From: Phoronis australis
Taxonomy: Eukaryota; Animalia; Phoronida
Direction of reading: 5' to 3'
DNA: 64,000 nt
Assembly (NCBI GenBank): GCA_002633005.1
Contig: NMRA01000622.1
Span: 30,344-94,343, forward strand
Of this stretch, positions 54,701 to 62,580 are shown in pieces. How positions within the stretch are numbered: the first letter of the stretch is position 1; each line of letters starts with the position of its first letter. The notes under the pieces were generated by a model. That model was given only the letters and a program-made list of their open reading frames with translations. It made no database searches and had not been told where the DNA came from. Made by a program: the position numbers and the translations under genes.

Positions 54701-57700
54701 AGATAACTACGATCCGCATTTTTTGTTACAGAATGCATGAATGATGTTTTGGGGACATTTTGTATCTTGATCAAACATTCTAAAAGGTGGTTCAAATTTT
54801 TTAATATGAATGCCACCTTTTTCGACAACTTCAAGTCTGGTAGCTTTAATAATTCTGGATTCACAGTTGGGAGTCAGCAAGAAATATCTAATCTGAAACT
54901 TAACAAAAGGAGTTAGAGTTCAATTGCATTGCATTTTCAGCCTTGCTCACGCTATGGATTTTTGTCCGACAATTAGTCTTGAGATTTAAAGTGAGGCATA
55001 ACATTAAACGAACTGAACGATAACACATGGAAAACACATCACAACGCATGCACAACCGGTCCGCCATTTCCATATTGAATTTCTATCCCAAATAACACTG
55101 CAATATTGGAACAAAAACGCATTGTTGAATAACTTTTTATGCATGCATGCATCATTAGGTTAAATTGCTACATTTTGGCACTCAACAACGGCAGCTCAGG
55201 ACCCAGATATACAAGACAGAGGACAAGAATGCAAATGGCAATGACCCTCACTGTTAGCTTTGTAAGTTATGCTACAAGGCAGTCTAGTGGTTAGGGCAAG
55301 AAAACAATTAACAAGACCAGGAGACATCAGGAGTAACAAGGGGTCATAAAGATTAGGTGAACAGACATAAGTATGGGGCACTTCTACACTGGTGTGAGCC
55401 CTTGATTGCCAGGTCTAGGACTGACTTAACCAGGTAGGACAGGTTGGTCATGGTGACAAAGCTCCACACGTCGATGCAACAGATAAAAACTAATAAAATT
55501 CACTCATAATATGATGACGCATGTGTACAAATGGAAAGCCAACTTCATTCCAAAAGAAACATCTCAAACCATCAACACTCACGTACTGAATGATCCATGT
55601 AGTTATTAACAGTTATTACCAGGTGTCGCACACAGTAACTACACTTGGCTGTGTAACAGTGCTTCAATCAGAAGCATTGAAGCCACTATGCTTTCATTTG
55701 AGCAAGTGAAAGGCTTTCAATTGCTTTTAATATTTCAGAAAATGAAACGTTTCAAGTTCTACATTCAATAACTGAAATGCACAATCAAAGATGCAGCATT
55801 GAGCCACCACACTTCCCAATCTGGGACCTGAAATGCTGCATTCACAAGCATCATTGCCAGAAATTCGTAATATGTATTGAACATGTGCCAATAACAAATC
55901 TTGTCTTTAGCCCTCTGTAAGAACACATGGGAACAGCAATTAGCAAATGTAAAAGTCGAGGGAGATAGTTATGCAATTTGCCAATAGCTTGATGAAGAAA
56001 GTGTCAAATATCAGACGACAGTTATTGGTGGAAAACTTTGCATATTCCTTGAGGTTTGAAATTTACCTTGTTCGGGCCCATGTAAACAATGGTTCAGAGA
56101 CCAATATTAAAGCCCACAACTCATGTTAAAGTCAAGTTTATGGTGAAATTTGTTTCACCATAACTCTTGCTAACACATTAGGAAATGACCAAACTCGCGG
56201 TATTCAGAGTTTGCTGGTCCCAACATCATTTTTTGAAAAATTTTACACGTCCCTTGCACTAAAAATGGATCCAATGTACAGTGGCGTAAGAAGAAGCGTT
56301 GGCGATAGCCTTCTTGACTTGCAATGGAATTTGCATTCTGTTGAGGAGAGATTAGCTCACAATCGGCAATATACATTGTTGTGTCCATGTTTTGATCTGG
56401 GACGATCTTGGGAATACTTTTGTTTGCAGTTGGAAAAATGTCAGATTTTACAGATTCCTACTTTTCATTCGAAAGTATGTGATTTTAAGGCTACCGTCTT
56501 CAAACAGTTGTTTCTTTTTACAAACCTCCAGATAAAGCTGTGAACACAGCAGTGATTTGATTCATTTATGAAATATTTTGCAATTGTTATTCTGGTTAGG
56601 GAACATTCACCTCTGTGTCAAATTTTGTTGCCTTATCAAACACTAACGGAACAGTACAGAATTATGTTGTTCACCCTCAAAGATAGAGCATACAATGGGG
56701 TTTCAATAAGTATGATGTCCTTTGTATTATTTTTGTTACTCATGTAGGATTGGATTACGTACACAAAAAGATATTGGCGAACAGCTGAAGTATAATAAAG
56801 TTGCTTTTGGCAGCCCGACTAAACAATGGCAGCACATAGTCAGCCGACCATCAATGACTGTTGTTTTGTATCAGCGTAGAAGTTAAGTCAGTTAGCTGTG
56901 GCGACCCAGCTATACAGTCGACTATCGTGTGAATTCCAGAGGTTTCAGTTGCTGATGATTTATTGTAGATGGTCAAGTATATGCTCTGAAGACGACACAT
57001 TTCAGGCTCACACAGCTGGTGCGAGTCCCTAGTGGTGTTAAGCTCCATCTCCGTCACCTTTGACCTATCCTCATGTTATTGTGATTGGTTAGGATGAGCA
57101 AGTGTCATAGCGCTCAGCTTCATCTACAGGACCAAGAATGTTATGAGTTTCTGGCGATGTAGCCAGGTAGCGGTTCAAGGTGTAAGTAGTACAGCTCCTT
57201 CTGATGTGCGCAAGTTAATGTCACTAAATCAAGGCCTCACGAAACAGAAAGCTCGCACAGGAAGAAAAGCCCATTAGCATGACTATACACCGCTTACCTG
57301 TGACGGTACATAATGCAGTCATAGCAAGAAGCAGTAAAATAGAGAGATAAAGACTCCACCCAAGTGATAGCTGGATGAACAAGGCGCCTGAGTACATGTT
57401 GACCTGAAAAAGCAGGGGATCACTGGGTGTTAGTTACCATCGATGCTAGTTGCACCCCCCGGAGTGGTAGGCAGGGCATAATGCCAGCCATATCTACTTG
57501 CGAGGTTGTCAACATCCGCAAACTTGTGCCAGCAGTTGAGGAGGCCTTGGTGATCCTTGATATCTTACTGATAACACCAGTACTGACTACATGCTCTAAT
57601 GTTGCAGTGAGTTTGGCGGATAGCCAGAGACAGTGCACTGGCCACTATTAGCGGGTGACAAAACAACACAGATGATTTACATGCACATGGGAAGAAGTTT

Positions 57701-60700
57701 TGAAATAATAATGGATATTTACCTAGTACACACTGAGTTATCATAAAATAAAGTCCTTAAAATGACAACATGCAGTTAAGTGTTTATTTAAATTGATTAC
57801 TACTAATCAAACAACAAACACATCTTCATCTTTACGCTAGAGTGTTAACTAAAAAATTTGGTGTATAAGGCCACCACCTTATAAAAGAAACAACGTCAAA
57901 ATGCTATAAGGCCAGTTATCATTGTTATTTTCTGTCGATCTGTCATTGACATGTTAACAATTGTAAAAATGAATACAATAGCGAATGGCTAAAATATTCC
58001 ACAAAAAAATTTAAATATTGCCATTATTTGAATTTACGTTTCGCTCACGCTAAAGAGTGAACGAACAAAAATGTGAGACCTTCACAGTATCAGGTAATAC
58101 TTGAATATAAATCCATAGTCTTATATACCAGGTTTTACGGTGACCATCTACATGATACTCCTCAATAGCAACAACTGCCTACCCAACACATTTACGGAAA
58201 ACATGTAACAAAATAGCATAGTTCTATCACTAAACAGATCAGCCGGCATCTCTAAACTATTATAACCAACAACAAGTTTTCTATAATTAAGTGACCACTT
58301 ACCGACACCTTGGTGAAGATATAGAGCAAAATGGATAAACAGGAGAGGTAGACTCGAATTCTTTGGCCACCGAAACGTTTCCTCATAAACTCTGGCAGTG
58401 TGCAAACCTGAGGCAAATACCAACTGTCATCACTATAGCAACAAATACCAGCTGCAACCACTGATACCAACAGCCACCAATACCCATTGTTAAGACAATA
58501 CCAAACTAACAGCACAGTAACGATGATACATCAATTACATGTACATACCAACCTATACCCATTGCTTAGACAATACCAAACAAATATCACAGAAACGCTC
58601 ATACTACTAAGCAACAAACATCCACGCTATTGACAGTGACGAAAAAAACACATCTCATGTGATCGCTGTATCTTGATGTACTTATTTTTGTGAATGAAAC
58701 ATTTGTTTCAAAGACTTCTAAGAAAGGCACTTGCAGTTGTGGACAGTTGTCAAATTCACAGGAAGACACTGCAAAAGATGATGGAGATACAACAATGGAT
58801 GCTACAAAGACAGAATCATAACTAGGGTGCATCACAGTTGTCGGACCTGTCTGAAAATCTGTCAGCAAAGTCTTCTCATCAGGTCACATTTGCCAAGTTT
58901 CGTAATGATTCTTTGAGCAGCTTGGCGAATGAAAAGGTGGACACCAAAAAGAAAGTTAACTCAAAATAATCAAAATGGCCAAAATATGTCAAATCCATTC
59001 CCAAATGTTAATACCTATTAAATAAAATTCTGGTTGCTAAATTTCATGTAAATCCATCAACGAACTTTGAAGAGGCAAACGTAAAAATAAAATTGCCACT
59101 AGGGAGTCGATCATATTAGTCAGATTGGTCGAAAACTTGATGTCATCCACTGTCAGAAACACAGAAACACATCGGCCAAATTTGACAAAGATCCTGCAAA
59201 AGGCTTCAAAGATACTGTGTTCACTAGACACAAAAAACAAAAAAAAATTGACAATAGGGGATGCCAGCTAGTTAAACTGTCTGAAAATCAAGGTCAACTG
59301 CATTCTTCTCATCAGGAACACATCTGCCAATTTTCATCCTTCACGCAGTTTGGAGAATTTAGATGTGGACGCCAAAGTAGTTTTGCTATTTTAAAAATTG
59401 CCACAACAGGGATCGACGCTATTAAAATCGCCAGGTTGCATTTTGCTACCTAGCCAAAATCCCAGGTCGCATTTTCAAAATTCAGCTCGCATTCATAAAT
59501 GCCAGATCGCCAAATTTTTCCGCCATATTTACGTGCCAAAATTGATTTTTTAGATCATCGAGAAAATGTTTAGATTATGCTCTCACCTGCAGCGTTAAAT
59601 ACCCACAGATTTTAGATCGCAAAATTGAGTTCGTTAATGCAGGGCATTTAGCGATCTGTGACATGTATTGAGTCATCTGGAATTGGTTTTGTGCGGTACT
59701 TCGAAAATATGTGCTACCTCATTTTTGGGAGGTCCTTTTTGAATTCTGCCGGACCCATTCCAGAGTGCAATTTGTCTGTCATGGGTCATTCAATGTTCAG
59801 TGCGGTACTATTGTTCGTTTAAAATCAGTTTTGGCCGGCACCTCCAAAATCTAGTCTAGCTCAAATTTTTGATGGCATACCGTGGTTGAAATTTTTTAGG
59901 GTTTCTGCTGGGCACAACCCAGAGTGTATTTTGTCTGTCATAGGGGTTTTCGTGATCTATGACATGCATTGAATCTCATGGAGTTGGTTTTTTTGTGGTA
60001 CCTCGAATGTATGTGCTAGCTCATTTTTGGGGAGTCCTTTTTGGTTTCTACCGGACCCATTCCAGAGTGCAGTTTGTCTGTCATGGGTCATTCGGTGTTC
60101 AGTGCGGTACTATTGTTCGTTTTCAATCAGTATTGGGTGGTACCTCCAATATCTAGTCTAGATCATTTTTGGGTCCTTTGTAAGGCCCCCAGGGGTTACA
60201 CCCAGAGTGCAAACAACAACAGACGTCCATTTCTGTACATACTTAGGTGGAATCTAAATGCGCTCGTGGTCAGATGTTGGTACCTCGTTCATTTATGCTA
60301 AGTGCTCTGGGTTGCTGTTCTAAAATCATATATCAGAAACAAGTAAAGGGGTTTGAGAATTTCTTGGCAACTGAAAGACGTGGCCGTCGTTTAGCGATTA
60401 ATAGGGTTGTTATTTTCACTTTGGCTGTCTTATGCGATAAAAAGTAGACGCACATCTCTAAATCACGGTTGTTTGCACGGACCGCTTGCGGGCTAACAAC
60501 GGGACCGACCAGTGCCGCAGTGCGATGTCAGGGATATTGTGGTGGATATTTGGTACATGTAATAAGGACATCTTACGCGAAAAATAAACATAGTTGTGCA
60601 TCACAAAGTTTGGTAAGTTGACCGCTTAAGAATTAGTAGAAACACAGCTGTTTTGTGACGTTTTATCACGAGTTATGCAGTGGCTTGAAACTTTCTTCAG

Positions 60701-61338
60701 CGAATCCGGAAATTTCCAAAAGTGGCCGAAAATGTTAGACAATGAAATGCGTCACAGATCGATTCTGCTTTATCCCCTGTTCACGCGACTTGCTTACAAG
60801 TCATCGGGAGGTCGGTTCTCGGTTAGTGTTCTTTTGAACTAGGATCTGGAAACAACCAAATAACGGTCGGATTAACTAGAGTTGCTTTATATTTGCCCGG
60901 TATCTGCCGAGAAGTGAAAAACTCGCATACGTTGGAAATTCCAGGTCGCATTTTGAGACTTGATACGAGCTGACAAATATCTCAGCTCGCGTTTCCAAAT
61001 TTCAGGTCGCAAATGCGACCTGCAGCTCGTTATGTCGAGCCCTGCACAAGGAGGCACAGAATACATCAAATATGAGGACCCTCTTGGAAAGCAGTACTAT
61101 CACTGAAGAGGCCACCCTCATTTTAAATATCACAATAATAAATAAATAATAAATAAATGACCGAAAATCTGAGGTGTCGTCTTTTTCATAGAAACCTATT
61201 TTCAAAAACTGCATGAAAATCCATGAAGGACATCTGAACATTAAGAGGCAATCGTGGTTCAGGGCTATAGAAACTTACCCCACTGGCTATGAAGACGGGA
61301 AGATAGACCCATCCAAGCAGCTGCAGAATGAGCAGTGC
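9450..61338 (-). CDS. SLC5A3: Na+/myo-inositol cotransporter-like (SLC5/SSS family, SMIT1-like), 5'-incomplete; 13 coding exons join(61279-61338,58303-58407,57298-57403,37457-37537,35525-35733,31125-31260,29401-29508,19652-19802,16821-16989,13958-14173,12831-12986,11829-11916,9450-9736)
   Basis: Manually spliced exons all have GT..AG ends with matching phases and sum to 1872 nt, open to TAA. SMIT1-like motifs: [69 protein letters not shown]. Orthology to SLC5A3 rather than other SGLTs rests on recalled motifs, not a tree. Confidence 0.9.
11829..11916 (-). CDS. SLC5A3: Probable loop exon, 88 nt ([30 protein letters not shown])
   Basis: CAACAG| acceptor, G|GTAAAC donor; only the phase-0 frame is open, and it supplies the phase 0 to 1 shift needed for the last exon; no recognisable homology. 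Confidence 0.6.
12633..12881. repeat. Degenerate ~70-bp tandem repeat (~3.5 copies) overlapping the 3' end of exon 12831-12986
   Basis: Recurring ttaag...ggga(c/t)actcaactca(c/t)(a/g)agacaggagt at ~12633, 12700 and 12771, with a partial copy at 12846. Confidence 0.7.
12831..12986 (-). CDS. SLC5A3: SMIT1-like exon, ~156 nt, variable C-terminal loop ([20 protein letters not shown]...KDSESK)
   Basis: TTTTGTAG| acceptor; RTTFW resembles SMIT1. Donor uncertain: AAG|GTTCGA at 12831 or in-frame GCA|GTGGGT at 12768. Confidence 0.75.
13361..13412. repeat. (CA)n/(CACG)n microsatellite
   Basis: Directly visible. Confidence 0.95.
13958..14173 (-). CDS. SLC5A3: SMIT1-like exon, 216 nt ([21 protein letters not shown]...HYMYFA...EPLPAYM)
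   Basis: TTCCCAG| acceptor, ATG|GTAAGC donor. Confidence 0.96.
14627..15255. repeat. Local ~130-bp duplication; the second copy is interrupted by a short GGATCC/poly-G type MITE (~14870-15025)
   Basis: tgtacattcacc..caatctg.tttgaaaccaa/atggtatgctgca.aggtgga is contiguous at 14627 and split at 14833/15026. Confidence 0.6.
16821..16989 (-). CDS. SLC5A3: SMIT1-like exon, 169 nt ([30 protein letters not shown]...WKRGNEK)
   Basis: CCACAG| acceptor, AAG|GTGAGT donor. Confidence 0.96.
17141..17488 (-). mobile_element. HINE (non-autonomous Helentron, DINE-1/pearl-like) terminal part, truncated at N17140
   Basis: (GGAC)n microsatellite, hairpin ccacata-taaa-tatgtgg and A-run; aligns with 28411-28716. 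Confidence 0.75.
19652..19802 (-). CDS. SLC5A3: SMIT1-like exon, 151 nt ([51 protein letters not shown])
   Basis: CCTCAG| acceptor, AG|GTCAGT donor; Na+-site helix motif AALMS(D). Confidence 0.96.
20480..20750. repeat. ~35-bp degenerate minisatellite (ctcacagctgagcaggataac...gctcaga)
   Basis: About 7 visible copies. Confidence 0.8.
21050..22930 (+). mobile_element. Heavily decayed DIRS-like (tyrosine-recombinase) retrotransposon
   Basis: Remnants in DIRS order: [10 protein letters not shown] (cf. PWARLHMRPLQ), LWVQSDTT (cf. RNase H V.VQSDNTT), frameshifted W(F)ADL, and [11 protein letters not shown] (cf. YR SLEQICRAATW). Confidence 0.5.
24844..26660 (-). mobile_element. Old HINE with ~10-11 diverged ~145-150-bp internal tandem units
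   Basis: Starts aacaagat..gcc-tac-ggcatctt (hairpin); periodic aaattgccactagg motifs; ends cagacgctggacg..tatgcacccac..ggagcata. Confidence 0.65.
27220..27636 (-). mobile_element. Second HINE-like family fragment
   Basis: ggacatacagacggac microsatellite remnant, then hairpin tatcccc-tttggtg-ggggata and aaa. Confidence 0.5.
27688..28716 (-). mobile_element. Apparently full-length HINE with ~6 internal ~150-bp units
   Basis: acaagaaaaacg-tggag-cgtt hairpin and atgcgcac sub-TIR at the left; units at ~27780, 27935, 28080, 28232, 28383, 28530; terminal atgcggcc...gggcgcat hairpin and A-run. Confidence 0.72.
29401..29508 (-). CDS. SLC5A3: SMIT1-like exon, 108 nt ([37 protein letters not shown])
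   Basis: TTTAG| acceptor, G|GTAAGT donor; conserved extracellular Cys loop and GCSN.AYP motif. Confidence 0.96.
30268..30460. repeat. ~43-bp minisatellite (aatcactgaatgtttgtacctag...), 4-5 copies
   Basis: Direct tandem copies. Confidence 0.8.
31125..31260 (-). CDS. SLC5A3: SMIT1-like exon, 136 nt ([46 protein letters not shown])
   Basis: TTACAG| acceptor embedded in a minisatellite, G|GTTGG donor; VQR.LAAK..HA..G motif. Confidence 0.95.
31240..31523. repeat. ~52-bp minisatellite (~5.4 copies) whose unit contains the splice acceptor and first 21 nt of exon 31125-31260
   Basis: Unit cagggcacgtt(g/a)taccatcatctgtaacacactagattattacaagtagtgt starting at 31240, 31292, 31341, 31393, 31448, with a partial copy at 31503. 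Confidence 0.95.
32817..33770. mobile_element. MITE with CC(C)TYATGAAAAAA TIRs and inverted subterminal GTGAGAA repeats (EnSpm/CACTA-like architecture)
   Basis: ccttatgaaaaaac at the left, ttttttcatgaggg at the right; gtgagaa motifs left, ttctcac motifs right; superfamily is inferred. Confidence 0.65.
34465..35053. mobile_element. Cluster of three tRNA-derived SINE-like copies (two minus, one plus); the last two form an inverted repeat
   Basis: Minus strand A-box AGCTCAGTGGTAAGAGC and B-box GGTTCGATTCCC; shared tail tggccaacatcag; plus-strand copy from ~34852 has GGTTCAATGCCC. Confidence 0.8.
35525..35733 (-). CDS. SLC5A3: SMIT1-like exon, 209 nt ([10 protein letters not shown]...[21 protein letters not shown])
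   Basis: AAG| acceptor, CAG|GTACA donor; WYWCADQ sugar-binding-region motif. Confidence 0.95.
35800..36278 (+). repeat. Old dispersed repeat, with related copies at ~15700-16300 and ~38500-38930
   Basis: Shared aaaacaa....caataa.atgaccaaatc...aaatattcaaga and actttcat.tgaa.cc.at.ag.catttctga motifs. Confidence 0.55.
36279..37393 (-). mobile_element. Structurally intact non-autonomous Helentron (HINE), ~1.1 kb
   Basis: Sub-TIR ACTTGGCGGAA at 36304-36314, preceded by hairpin cgctc-ggag-gagcg and an A-run; other end has a perfect 12-bp stem TACTTGGCGGAA-gaa-TTCCGCCAAGTA (37366-37392) and (AAAC)n; CpG-rich. Confidence 0.85.
37457..37537 (-). CDS. SLC5A3: SMIT1-like exon, 81 nt ([28 protein letters not shown])
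   Basis: TTCCTCAG| acceptor, A|GTATGT donor; [10 protein letters not shown] family signature; follows a 19.8-kb intron (37538-57297). Confidence 0.96.
39330..39870. repeat. ~28-bp degenerate minisatellite (ccctcatataggagaagtccctaccaa)
   Basis: Many diverged copies. Confidence 0.85.
40045..40115 (+). repeat. Dispersed repeat also present at ~45130-45200
   Basis: gtctgatatattgtgccc...ttttga.aa.ca.tttt....ct.aataa.gggcat.aaactg at both sites. Confidence 0.7.
42626..42946. mobile_element. MITE with CA(GT/TA)GGCGGATYTAGG TIRs and 5-bp TSD GAATT
   Basis: gaatt|cagtggcggatctagg ... cctaaatccgcctatg|gaatt. Confidence 0.8.
45555..45933. mobile_element. AT-rich foldback/MITE built from palindromic AAAACTTAAGTTTT motifs; related end at ~46860-46930
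   Basis: tacaaaaat... / ...attttgta ends with many internal aaaacttaag and ttaagttttt repeats. Confidence 0.6.
47950..49090 (+). mobile_element. Decayed hAT transposase (ZNF862-like) relic
   Basis: 48880-49075 reads [20 protein letters not shown]...[28 protein letters not shown], matching the hAT C-terminal dimerisation pattern FPNL.KL..I....S.A.CERGFS...LM.ISING...F....AV..W; upstream [15 protein letters not shown] and YKYYNKS. Confidence 0.7.
49211..50148. mobile_element. Kolobok-like MITE with GG(T/A)TRTCTCAAACCTTA TIRs in a TTAA-like target
   Basis: tata|ggatatctcaaacctta ... taaggtttgagacaacc|ttaa; superfamily inferred from the TTAA target and RR terminus. Confidence 0.7.
50570..50930. 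repeat. Degenerate tandem repeat (agctgacaact.ccagtc...agccaggagc...gtaa.ggaaaga)
   Basis: Recurring motifs; period irregular. Confidence 0.55.
52148..52385 (+). mobile_element. tRNA-derived SINE (different family from 34465-35053)
   Basis: A-box-like TGGCCTGGTTGATAAG, B-box GGTTCGAGTCCC at 52203; no clean cloverleaf; AT-rich tail. Confidence 0.7.
52513..53430. mobile_element. Inverted, truncated copy of the 49211-50148 MITE family (another end at ~38170-38192)
   Basis: ggttatctcaaacctta start; 53170-53410 is a diverged reverse complement of 49490-49740. Confidence 0.7.
57298..57403 (-). CDS. SLC5A3: SMIT1-like exon, 106 nt ([36 protein letters not shown])
   Basis: TTTTTCAG| acceptor, ACAG|GTAAGC donor; [12 protein letters not shown] motif. 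Confidence 0.95.
58303..58407 (-). CDS. SLC5A3: SMIT1-like exon, 105 nt ([35 protein letters not shown])
   Basis: CAG| acceptor, TCG|GTAAGT donor; hallmark PE(Y/F)xxKRFGG motif. Confidence 0.96.
58870..59406 (-). mobile_element. HINE internal ~150-bp array, interrupted by the DNA transposon at 59407
   Basis: aaattgccactaggg-type motifs at ~59095, 59248 and 59399; related sequence resumes after 61049. Confidence 0.65.
59407..61044. mobile_element. Non-autonomous DNA transposon, TIR CAGGG(A/C)TCGAC, 5-bp TSD CACAA (hAT5-like)
   Basis: cacaa|cagggatcgac ... gtcgagccctg|cacaa; subterminal caggtcgca repeats at both ends; internal ~300-bp tandem duplication (59680-60170). Confidence 0.85.
61279..61338 (-). 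CDS. SLC5A3: SMIT1-like exon, 60 nt ([20 protein letters not shown])
   Basis: TTCTAG| acceptor, GGG|GTAAGT donor, phase 0/0; SLC5 TM motif; not in the ORF track. Confidence 0.92.
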
Positions 61339-61869
61339 CTAGAACAAGTCCAAAAATAAATGTATTAAGCATGGTATTTCAACACATCTCAGATGCAAGT
61401 CAGTTTTGAGTCCAAATGATTACAAAACCAGGTCAAACTCACTACCTCAGCTAAAAAGTTTTCAAAACTGAATTCACCTACCTTTCTCTTCCCACTTAAG
61501 TAAACCAACACACATATCATTTTTGCAATTCTTTAATTTTGTTTGAAAACCAAATCCTTTTGTGTTGATCCCAGACATCATTACTGCCCTTAAAGCACAA
61601 AATAGCATTTAAAAGTGAATCTAAAGAATTATTCGATAGTCAAAAGTGTCCCTTACTACTTGGCTTATTCTCAAAACTATAGATAAGACTGTAGTGTCTA
61701 CTTGACTTATTCTCACAACTACGGAAAAGACTGTTGTATTCCTACACCAACACAAAGCTAAAATTTTAGACAAAAGCGACTACTTGATAGAATCAAGTGG
61801 AGCCCTGTTAACAGCTAGCAGAAGTGAAAAACAGCACCGATGGTTTCATTTAGTTCTATCACTGAGACA

Positions 61870-62580
61870 ACTGACGTCAGTGTCCAGGCAGAGAAGTTAT
61901 CACTACATTGTGTACTCCAGGAAACAGAGGTGTCGGTGTACTCCAGGAAACAAAGTCTGATGTTTTCCACTAGATTGTGTACTCTAGTGAACAGGGATGT
62001 TATCACAGGTGTACTCTAGAAAACAGGACCACTACATAATAGTGTACTCTAGTTTAGAAAACAGAATCTGATGTTTTCTCAACATTGTGTACTCAAGTTT
62101 AAGAAACAGGAGTTATCACTACATTGTATACTCTAGGGAACAGAATCTGTTTTCACTACATTGTGTAGTGTAGGAAACAAGGATGTCATTACATAATGTG
62201 TACTCTAGGAAACAGAGGTATTTTCTCTACATTGTGTACTCCAGCAAACAGAGGTGCTTTCACTGCATTGTGTAGTCTAGGAAACAAAGGTGTCATCACT
62301 ACATTAATGTGTCCCATACTCTAGGAAACAGAGACGTTTTCACTACATTGTGTACTCTAGGAAACACTATGAGGCGTTTTCACTTCAATGTGTATAGTCT
62401 AGGAAACAAGGTGTCATCACTACATTAATGTGTACTCTAGGAAACAGAGGAGTTTTCACTACATTGTGTAGTCCAGGAAAGAAGGGTGTCATCATTGCAT
62501 TATGTGTTCTTGAGCAGAGGTGTTATCACTCTATTGTGCATTCTAGTGAACATATGTGTTATTGCTACACTGTGTACGGT
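61870..62580. repeat. ~38-40-bp minisatellite, >15 copies (cactacattgtgtactctaggaaacagaggtgtttt)
   Basis: Direct tandem copies with no unique spacers. Confidence 0.92.

Noticed and set aside
56850-57660. GC-richer blocks and short ORFs flanking exon 57298-57403 (possible mutually exclusive exon or nested gene)
   Set aside because: No SLC5 similarity and no consistent splice or phase pattern.
61870-62580. CRISPR-like periodicity (also 8546-8806, 20480-20750, 39330-39870)
   Set aside because: Contiguous degenerate units with no unique spacers, no cas genes, and a spliceosomal-intron context.
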